From: Takakia lepidozioides
Lineage: Eukaryota; Plantae; Bryophyta
Assembly (NCBI GenBank): GCA_030704615.1
Contig: CM060731.1
Coordinates: 28,334,001-28,398,000 of the forward strand
DNA: 64,000 nt
Direction: 5' to 3'
Shown one piece after another: positions 25,301 to 35,548 of the stretch (position 1 is the first letter of the stretch; each line of letters opens with the position of its first letter). The notes under the pieces are model-generated. The model did no database searches. It had not been told where the DNA came from and was given only the letters and a program-made list of their open reading frames with translations. The position numbers were made by a program, and so were the translations under genes.

Positions 25301-28078
25301 TAGTGACGATCTTGGACTTAGGATTATTTTGGAGATGAAAATTTTTATTAATCAACCCCATGTGCAAGCTATCGATTATCAATGTGACTATACATTGCCA
25401 AGAATTGGACCTCACGCCTCATCTTTGTGGCACACATCACCTAGCCACCACACTACCAACTGCTTCTTGTGATGCCTTTGATTTCCTAATGCTTTAATCT
25501 ACAAATACAGGCTCACAGGTGAGAGGGGAGAAGAGGGGTGGGGGGGAGATTTGACAGTGCGCCCTGCCAGAAAGTTGCCAGCCATCCCTACAAGGCTCCC
25601 ACGCTTGCATTCAACTGGTCGGATAAGCGTAGTCTGCTCCCTTATAAACAAGCCATCCGGAAGGAGGAGAGATAGAGGGGGTGGATCCGGTAGAACCTGC
25701 GTTGAGTGCATGTAGAGTCTCTAGTCTCTACATGCGTACAACCCCATCTATGGTCTGTTTCAATCCTATGGGTGCGATAGGCTTAAAAAAATATACCTTA
25801 ATGGTAGGTTTCGTGGGCCCAAGGGAAAGAGTTGGGTCTCTATCCCAAGAGCATTCCTTTTGTTGGGCCCAACTTCCAAGAGTTTGACGCCATAAATCAT
25901 GCCATGTAGGTAGTAGGTTGCCTAGTGGTCTTGGGCCCGGACCCTCCTGTAAATCGCTTGGGCCGATTTGAGGCTCTTGACCAATAGGATTTCTTGTTTC
26001 TTTGGTCTTGGGCCCGGGCCCTCGTGTAAACCGGTTACAATTACTCAAGAGTTGCACTGTAGAGATGGAGCTACCTTCAAGGAGTGTGAGCACTTGATAA
26101 AGGGAATTATTTTCCACCCTTAAAGACACCCATGAAAACTTGCAACACCCAAAGTGTTCCTCCCAACTTGACCCAAGCCAAGAGTCTAACAGATCCTTCC
26201 CATCGAAGGGTGCCCGGTGTTGTATGGCCATGAAGAGGACCAAGGCCACAACAATATTATGCCTTCTTGCTTCCATAGTTTAGGGATACACACTTTGATG
26301 GGAGACAACGTGAAGTGTACAAGACAGAGAACGGAAGAAGGGGAAGAGTGGCTATATTGGTGTAGGTTGGTTGGGCCCAATAGGTTTAGACGAGGTTGGG
26401 TAGCGTGTGAGCATGCTCACTGAGCACAAGCGAATATTAAGGATATTCCTAAGATGTCTTTCGAATATTCTTCAACGAAACTAAAATTGAGAAACTAAAA
26501 ACTTTGCGAAACTTTTTTTAACTGCTCACATAGGCCCTCACAGCATCACTTAAGAAACAAGTAACACCTACACACGATAAACATGTTACCCTATAGGCAG
26601 GGGGTTTCCTCACATTATGCAAATCGGATACCCCAGAAAACCCCAAAAAACAAAAATCATGGTTTTCAGTCCGGGTATGGGCAGTTTAAGCCCTAGAAAA
26701 GTTGATTGAGAAAATAAATCTGAAGGTACTCATATGCACCGTGCTGTTAACATGTAATTCCTATGACCGCAGTTTGAAAACATTTAACCCCTATGACAGC
26801 GGGTTGTGCTCGCGCTGTGCTCCCAGGATACCAACCCCCCTTTAGAGGAAGAGGACCCAATTCATTGAAAATTATATTCTAATCAGTTCCTTCAGCCCGC
26901 TTGCGGCCCCAAAAGCTCTAGTCTTGGCCCCATGATTGGTTGAGCCCGGGGCCTCGTGTAGACTACACGGGTCCTAACTAGCTGTAGTAAGTAAAACTGC
27001 AGGAGATTGCCTCCACAACTACAAACAATGAAAACGGAAGTGCTAATGTTCCTATATTCCATGAAGTGTGCAAGTTGGGAAGATAAATGGAGGGAAAATC
27101 AATATTAGGGTCCAATAGAAAGCCGAAATCCAAATTGAAGGAAAGGCATCTGCAGGTTGGTGGGGGCCAGAAATTTACTAGTGCATGTTTTGGCCTGCCC
27201 TAGACATTAGTTCAGTACAAAAGCACATGGAGCCAACAAAAGGTTGTGATTTGCTTCATGCTTGGCAAGTTCTTCCTCCCCTTCCTCTTCTCCTTCCCCC
27301 CGCCACCTGCGGTGCGATGGAAGGAGAACCTTTCAGACTGTGAAATGGAAATGACAATAGCTGTGAGGTGACACCCCAAAACCACCATAGACTCCATGAA
27401 GACCACTGAGAAAAACTTCATCTGACATTCACTTTTATCTTGATCACTGACCTCTTTAGTACAGTTCATGCAACCCCATGCACTGCCCAGCAGTACACTC
27501 CCAAATCAAAAATGCCAACTGAAGAGTACCAATTAGAAACTAACAGCAGAGTTGAACTTATCCATCTAGACATCACCCACCACTTGTACAAAGGTGATCC
27601 ATCTGTAACTTCACATATAGAATAAAATGCTGCTTTGCCTCGATTAAAATTAAACCTACCACCAAATGCCGATGATCATATATACACCACACTTCCCAGC
27701 ACCAAATCCATGACATTGCCTCTTAGAACACCAACACAGTAGGTCCATCCAGAAGGGATTACTTCCTACCTGCTGCCTGCCTCAACAGAAGTGGCTTATT
27801 ATTTTATCAAAGAATGGTTAAATGTTATGGGCACAAAACATGGTTTGCAACATCAATGCCCATGCACTTCCCAATGTTAGCCAACGTGCTGCTTCCATCA
27901 CACCCACCCATCACCCTGCTCACGAGCTCTGACTCACTTGCAGGGCAAGAGCCCTCAAAACTCCAGATCAACAATATGCAACTACCTGTGCTGCATCAAC
28001 ATAGTCACAACCCTTGGAGGGTGCATGGTGGGCTTGCATGCAGAGTGACAGCACTACTACCACAGGTGATCGCCTTCT

Positions 28079-29454
28079 TCAGTGACCTTGCTTGTTTGTT
28101 TTTGCCTTTGCCTGCACAACCCATCCATGAGGGTGATTTCCCTTGGCATGTACCACCTTGACCCTTCCCCCAAAACATGCCTATCGCAACAGGGTATATA
28201 AATCCGTTAGCCTTTTCTCGAGAGCTGTTACAAACCCAGATAAAAAGAAATTTCTGCCAAGGCAAGCAAGCAATGCAAACTGTCTGCACCTCCGCAGATA
28301 ATCAACACAAGCAACTAATCTCCTGCAGCACTGACTAACTGCATTTTGTGCAGAGTCATTGCAAACGTTTTCAGGGTTTCTAAATAACATGTCCTCCTAT
28401 ATTTACCCCCACCACAACTGAAAGCATGGATAATACCTTAAGGTAAGCCAACTTCATGGCTCCATAGGCCACCCCAACTGAGACAGCCGTTACACGTGCT
28501 ACCTGCAGGCATGTCCACAATCAGGCTAACATTTGTTTCTTTTAACTCCTCTCTCATAATCCCCTACCACTGTAGGCTTTCTCTCCTTGCTCACTCCATC
28601 AGGTTAAGGACTGAATTGCACTACGAAAGTTGACATCATTAATAACACAATAATCCAGTAACTACAGGATTTTTAAGTTTCCTGAGCTCCCAGAAGCTTG
28701 ATGGGAGAAGTGATGCAGGACAATACACCATGCAACATCCTTGCCAATGATTACTATGGTCCCTCCAGCTGTTCACATCCATCTTTCAGAAATTTAAGCA
28801 CCATGACTACATAGACATCCAGGGTTTTAGGGTGGATCGCTGGTGCTAAACCCTCTATGCAACATCATGCCGTCAAGAGCTTCACAAATCTCCAGAGACT
28901 AGCCTAACCAGTACCAGCTATCACACTGCCAACTGATGAGTTACAAAACTGTTGTGACCAAAACTTAGACAGTGGCGTGCAGTCCCTTATCCCAGCTACT
29001 ATGCTACCGTCCATATGTATGATCATGGGCGCCTCCTTCGCACCCTTCCTAAACAACTATCCCCAAGCAAAAGATTCCAGCATTCACAGATCTGGTGAGC
29101 AGAAAAGTCGATCTGGCATCTCGTGAGTCTACTCGAAACTATCCGAAAACAATTGCAGCTGTTTTCGATCATACATTTCCAGGCTTCTATACTCAAAAAG
29201 GAAATATGTCAATACTTCACCGTCCACTCTAATGCAAGGATATTTTCATACGCCTGCCTTGGTCATCAAATAACAAAGTCGATGAGAAACCGCAGCTCGC
29301 CTCGGAAGTTGCACTGCTGATGAGTGAGAATTGCAGGAGGGTATCTCACAGACAGGTTACAAAAACATAAGAGCAGAAAGAGAGAAGGAGAGAGACGTAC
29401 AAGAGCCAACGAGCTGGTGCCCGAGTAAGGGCCTGAACCGCTTGACCCCGCCAT
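28079..29454 (-). CDS. ATP21: Mitochondrial ATP synthase F0 subunit e (50 aa); exons 29454-29401, 28502-28437, 28111-28079
   Basis: Spliced product MAGSSGSGPYSGTSSLAL|VARVTAVSVGVAYGAMKLAYLK|AKAKTNKQGH*. GPYSGTS.LALVAR is the plant subunit e signature; both introns are GT-AG, phase 0. Mostly missed by the ORF track. Confidence 0.92.
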
Positions 29455-29993
29455 CGCTGCTAGTCAGGCAGACAGGAAGTAACTAAGATCGCTCGCTGTA
29501 TGTAAGCAGTAACCTAGGGCATCACCTCTTCTCTCTTCACCTTGTGAGGCGGATATTCTTCTTCAGACTTACATAAGTTTCGTATATCTACACGCATATA
29601 AATACCTATACACTGTGGCCGCTTTAGGATATAGAGATGGTCTCAAGGAAAACCCACAAAAAGATATCGAGGATGTTGGTTGGCCACAACGCCCTATCCA
29701 ACCAACAATTGCGAACACACAACACACCTTGAGATTGTCGTCGGGAAACATTTTCAACCGTTGGGCAAGTTCGATTTCCCGTCATTTCCCATCAACTTCT
29801 TTACACCATAATATTTGGTTTTCAGAGGGCTCGGAACTTAGCCAGTATCTTAACCCGGGAAATAGAAGAAAAATTGTGACAATCTCGCAATCAACTGCGC
29901 AGTCAGAGTGAACAGCAAAGAAGGTGCTGCAGCGTTGATCGAGTGCCTGCTTTTGCACCATGTGGAGGAGTTTAGGGCTGCATTGGAGCATCC

Positions 29994-32900
29994 ATGGCAG
30001 CGCACACAACGAGCATGGCACCCCGTCAGCCAGGCTTGTCGGGGTGCCTTCACAAGCCTGGACAGGGCCTGAAAGTTTCAAGGAGGTGTGGGTCGTACTA
30101 TCTATACGCCCCTAAGCACAGTCCCAACAGCATTACGTTGAGATTTGATTCAAACCGTTTCAAGGCAAGGGCGGGAGAGTGGAGACCGGTGGTGGAGGAC
30201 GAGGCTTGGGGACAGAGGCATGAGCAAGGGGGTGACCTGGAGGTGGAGGAAAATGAGGGCCCGGGTACCCCGGTGGCCACATTCAGCAAGGAAATTACTA
30301 ACCCAGTGCACCTCATTGACTGTCCGGGCCGTGCCATGGAGATCAAATACTTGGAGACTGGAAGATTTTTCGAGAAGTCCAGCGTTGATGTGCCCAAGAC
30401 AGCCACTACATCAGATGTTCCGAAATGGTTAGCTATTTACCCTACCGTAAGAGACACGAGGGATGGGCTACAACGGGTCTTGTTACGGGTAGTGAAGTGG
30501 GCGAGAGGGATGGTGTTTGGGTGGTCTAGTGTGAATGTCTAGAGTAGAGATCGACGAGGTTCAGTGATTCCAGGTAGTAGCGGATAGAATTTGTGCATGG
30601 GTGGGTGCGTAATTCAAATAAGGCCGAGAGTGCTATTTTAGCCATAATGGAGGAGATGGGTGGAATTGTCATAGGTTCTGAATTACGTGAACTTCCATTG
30701 TCCCCGGAAAGTCAATAGAAATCTTACATCTTTGCAGTGTGTAGGTGTGGAGATAGTTGATTAAGATCAGGTGGGATGTCAGGTTGGAGTTGGATACTCT
30801 GGTTGAGAGTACAAGGCACCAGGTGAAGAAAAGGGACCAGATTCATGTTACAGGACATCTGGTTGTGGGTGTTTGTGATGTTTACAATGACATAAGCTCA
30901 ATTTCAAAAAGGTGTAAAGGTAATACTTTCATTTTCCATCTGTCATCCCTCTCTCAATTGAGGGGCTAGACAGGTAGACCCATGTGTCAGAAAATAGATG
31001 AGGAAGTGCATCGGTTCCTTCATCCCACCAACATTTTGCCTCCTCTTAGCAGTCTTTCTGCGGAGTATTTTTCTTCAATAGTGCACAGAACCTTTGCTTT
31101 GTAGCCACACTCTCTCTTGGTTTACACCCTTTTGGACCAGAATGCACCTTAAACATAGGCCTGTTGGTTGAAGAGTGGGGAATGTATGTGGCAGTTAGTG
31201 AGTAGTGGAGTGTGGGATGGAAGTGGGTAGGGCCTGATGTGTCTTGTGGGAGACAGGTGGTTGTAGGCACAGTGAGCTTTGTAGGATCAGAGAATCCAGG
31301 TTATAATTTCTCTACTCTTTCAGCTCCCTCCAAAGTGGGCCAAGGAGCGGAAGGAGTGTGATGAGTCTCTCTCTGCCCTTCAATGTCCTAGAGAGGTCGG
31401 TGGGAGAGACAGGCTTAGTGAGACCTCAGAAAATCTCTACTTGAATGCAAGTCGAAGTGATTTATAATCATCTCTCACTTACCCCTAGCTAGCTCAAAAC
31501 ATAGAGGACACCAAGGTAGGCAGAAAGAAATGTACTTGGCATCCACACAGGCAATTCGGTTGAAGTTCAATGTAGAATTCTGCAATTACATGAGCCAAGC
31601 AGGGAAAAGGAAATCGTTGGGCCTGATCTTTGGACTTGCTCCCGACTTGCTCCAGGGGTGGGACTTACTTTTAAAATGATGTCATTTCTAGTTTTTAGAA
31701 GTATGGTGATACTAGTTTTCATGCATTGTATCAGTCTGCTCTCCCCTCGTTTCCTTCCTCCATTCTCCGTGCCCTTCTCTGCAGTCGAAGTTCAGGGGGG
31801 CTCTATGGCCCCAGTGCTTTGGTATTTCTTCAAGTTCATCTCTCTTCGGCCCCTCTCAATGTGCTGAGAACATTGTGAAAGCTTTTGCTAGTATCTGCAT
31901 CCCTAAGCCAAATATTTGTTTTCAATGAGAAGGCCCTGCCACTTTACAGTAGCCAACATTGTCCCAGTGAATGATATATTTGGGAAACTCGTGGATAGAG
32001 CAGCTCTGCATGCATTGGTAGTCTTGTGATAGAATCTCCTCACCAGTGGTCTGGTTTCTGTGGCGGATGCCTGAAAGGACATGCACCCTACTGTCCATTT
32101 TCTGCTTTGTAAGTTTGGCTTCTGGTTATTAACTTCTTACTGCTAGTTGGATTGCAGGCGAATTCTCAAAAAGTCCAAATACAAACCTGGAGAGGCTTTG
32201 GAAGGAACATTTTTCAAAACCCAGTTTGTGGTGGGAGAGTCAAGGCAAAAAGGTGAATGCCTGGTATGTCAAAGCAGAAGCAGAGAATAGCTGCACAGAA
32301 CGGAAATTGATGATAGTGCCCACTATCTATCCCTCCTTCTCTCCCTCTCTGTTTGCCTTCATTTTCTCCTCAACAGTGATTGGAAGTGCACCCACAGTCA
32401 CATGTCTCGCATCTGTTGCACAACAGAGGTCTAGTAAAGTAGTCCAGCGCAGCCTTATACTTTGTAGTAGTAGGGCAATGCCACCATTTTAGTTAACACA
32501 CACTGGTTGTCCGTTGCTGTGCACACAAGCTATAAAAAGTCTGGGTTATCTTATATATACTCTATAGGTTTGAAACCCCCAATCGGCTTGGAGGGGGAAT
32601 TATCACGTCAGCTAAGAGGAGATGCATCATGACATGCAATTTACTGCATTTTCTCCTTTGGCACCTGAGTGGGAGTTGCAATTGGCCGCACAACCACAGT
32701 TACAAGTGTCATTTCTAAGGTGGAGGGCTTACCCTAGCAGTGTTGATATAAACACTGTGCTTTCTGCAATGATGTCACTGCCAGCCTTCAATCAACAGTC
32801 AACTGGCTGCAATTGTAATGTGTCAGTGACTGTGCATGAGGAGCATGACAATTCAGCCTACTTCTATGTTGGTAGGTTAAACCCCTTTGTGAACCGTGGG

Positions 32901-35150
32901 ATGTGTAGTATCCAGGCAAGGTTAGTCTTGGTGAGATATGTCATACTGAACTCGAGCTGTGCTGTGTAAATTATGGTTTGTCATTGTCAGCTACTTAGAG
33001 TGAGGATGAACTTTTGAATTTTTGTTGCGGATATCAGGATAGCTGAGCAGGAATAGAATGTACTCATAAGACGACGTTTGCCATAGCCTTGTGGCCATTG
33101 ACCCCGCGCTCAGTTTGAGCGGAACACAAAGGGACAGAACCTACCTTTGTCAGGGGCTGACGCCGGCAGTAAGACTTACCTTGGAATAAACAATCGATCC
33201 GGTTTTCCAGATATCCTCTAGAAATCCCTTTACCCAAGCATCAACCTGCTGTGTGTGGTTTGCCCAATAACTAGCTGCAAAAGGGCCTGGGGTTTTGGCT
33301 CAGCCTCAAGACTTTCAAAGTTGGTAAACAGAGGTACAGGCACAATTCCCTTGATAGATTTGAAGAGAGCGTCTCTCTGGTGCGAGAACCCCAGATAATG
33401 AATCCGAAAATGAATATTGTCTTCAGGTTGCCCACACAACGGGCAATTGCACTCTCCCTTTCCTCTCTGCTTCTGTTTGCTGTTCAAAGGTATGGTTCCT
33501 GCCCTGAGTTTAAATTTCAGTCTAGTGCCGAGAGTGGGTACACCCTTGAGGTCATCCATGATGTCCTCCCCCATCTCACAGACTGGAGACAAGTTCAGGG
33601 AAGTTTTCTGCCTAACTTGATTTTCATCAGACAATTTCCTGGCAACTTGAGGTCATCCATGATTTCCTCCTCCATGTCACAGACTGGAAACAAGTTCAGG
33701 GAAGTTTTCTGCCTAACTTCATTTTCATCAGATAATCTCCTGGCAACAGACATGGCTTTGGAGACTACAGCCTGTAAGTCAGATGTATCCAGCAGGGTCA
33801 AGACTTGCGGACTAAGATTCAGATCCTTGAGAATCTCTTCTACTCTCTTCCGCCAGGATTTAGCCTGTTTGACAGGGCGATCCTGCTTCCAAGGTATAGA
33901 GTTGATTAACTTAGGATCTCTGATGTTGGACACATGTTGCAGCTGACCCCACCATCTAACCTTGAATTCATCTCCTCGGGAGCTTAAGGAAGGGATGCCA
34001 AACTCACCCCAAACATCAATAAGCACCCGCACTTGAATGGATTCTAGAGACTTAGCCTGGTTGGAGTTATCAACCCATATCGCAGATTCGTGCGTACTCC
34101 AAGATAGGTCCGATAACGCGACAAAGCATGGTTTTTTTTACCTCAGAGTTGATCCCTCTGCAGTGGAAAGATTTAGTGAGACCCAGCGCTTTGCGCTTGC
34201 CAGTTTGAACAACTTTCTGAATATGTGCATCCCAATTACAGTTGGAGGAAAACTCAACGCCGAGGTATGTGTAGGCAGGGAGGACCGGGATCTCTTGGCT
34301 TCCCCACTGGCACTTGAGATCACCCCCTCTCCTGACGTTAGCCTCTAGCCCCCAAAGGTCAAAGTATCTCTTGGTGCAATCAATCAATTCCTGGAGAGTG
34401 GAAGGAGTCTCCCTATGCCTGCGAAGTCATCCGCAAACATAAAGGCTGGTGTGGTGGCATCACCCACCCTTAACCCAAATCCCTCACTTTCCACATCCTC
34501 GATGAGTTGATTGATGAAAACATTGAAGAGCAGAGGGGAGAGGGTACATCCTTGAGCTACACCTTGGTCTATGTCAAAGAAGTTAGACTTCTGTCCATTA
34601 ACAATGACACAACTTTTGGTGTGAGCATACAAGTTATGGACAACTCTCCACATCTTTCCCTTGATCCCACATGACCAGAGTCGGAGCCATAGACCGTCTC
34701 CCCACACTGTGTCATAAGCCTTGGCTTGGAGTGAAGATATGATTTACACAGCCCCTGTTTCTCCGGAAGCCAGCTTGGCCTTCGTGGAAACAACCTCTAG
34801 ATTCCAGATCAAACTCGAGACGAGTACTTATAACTCTGCAAAATATCTTGCCAACTGCATTGAGGAGCGTGATGCCTCGGTAGTTCCCCGGCTCTTCTCT
34901 GTCACCCTTCTTGTGAAGATTGACATTGAGCAGGAATAGAGTATGGATGCAGGTCTTGATCAACCACAAGAGCACAAAGCAGGCACTTTGCATTGAGAAT
35001 CACAAGGAAGCCGCATGGGTCAAAGGACAATTGGAGAAGCTTGAAGCAGATAGGACAAATTCTGCTGCAAACCCTGGTGGAGGGAGATCGTCCGGGCACT
35101 TCCAGTATGATAGCCCCTCTTTCACAGATTCAGACCTCCTGGATTTCTGA
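29994..35150 (+). pseudogene. OSB: Degenerate OSB-family organellar ssDNA-binding protein gene; exons about 29994-30427, 30783-30919, 31257-31515, 32158-32252, 34950-35150
   Basis: SSB-like segments FSKEITNPVHLI..GRAMEIKYLETG, W|LELD..HQVKKRDQIHVTGHL and VVVGTVSFV. PDF-motif halves ERLWKEHFSKPSLWWE and HKSTKQALCI..WVKGQL. Exon 2/3 phase mismatch, TGA-TGA in exon 3, LINE inserted before the last exon. Confidence 0.8.
33058..34926 (-). mobile_element. 5'-truncated RTE/RTEX-like LINE with a 14-bp TSD
   Basis: RT motifs KKGD..PGNYRGITLL, QAGFR, GVAQGCTLSPLLF, FADD and YLG; C-terminal CPLCG..H knuckle. TSD TGAGCAGGAATAGA at 33044-33057 and 34927-34940; internal ~101-bp tandem duplication at 33545-33747. 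Confidence 0.92.
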
Positions 35151-35548
35151 TTCTTCCCTGTTAGTTGCATTGGGTTACTGCTAAGTACTTCTTCTGGTAG
35201 TTGTTACTTCTGTGCCTGGAAACCGTAATGAGCAGAAAAGGCCTTTGTTGGGGGCTGCAGAGGAGGTTACACACAGCATGGGACACATGTTTTTGGTCAG
35301 TGTGAAAGATCCCAGTTGTCAGTGCTTTTTGAAATTTCATGCTTAAAAGGATAGATGGTATTGCAGCCATGTTGAAGTTGGTAAATCTGTTGAAAGCATG
35401 GGCCACCAAGGTTAACCAACACAAAATCCTGTTAATGGGTAGCAAGGAACCTGTCCTCATACAGTGATCTTTCTTCAAAGTAAGTAGGAGCATACAAGAT
35501 GGTCTGAGTTTGAGCGTCAAGGTTTGTAAAAGTTTCAGTTCATGCAGG

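Noticed and set aside
25680-26980. Repeat-like block with GGGCCC motifs
   Set aside because: Probably transposon-derived, but I found no matching termini, TSD or coding motif.
27212-27310. Possible extra 3' exon of the ATP synthase subunit e gene
   Set aside because: An acceptor-like GCAG|GTG exists, but the CDS already stops at 28079; this cannot be supported without transcripts.
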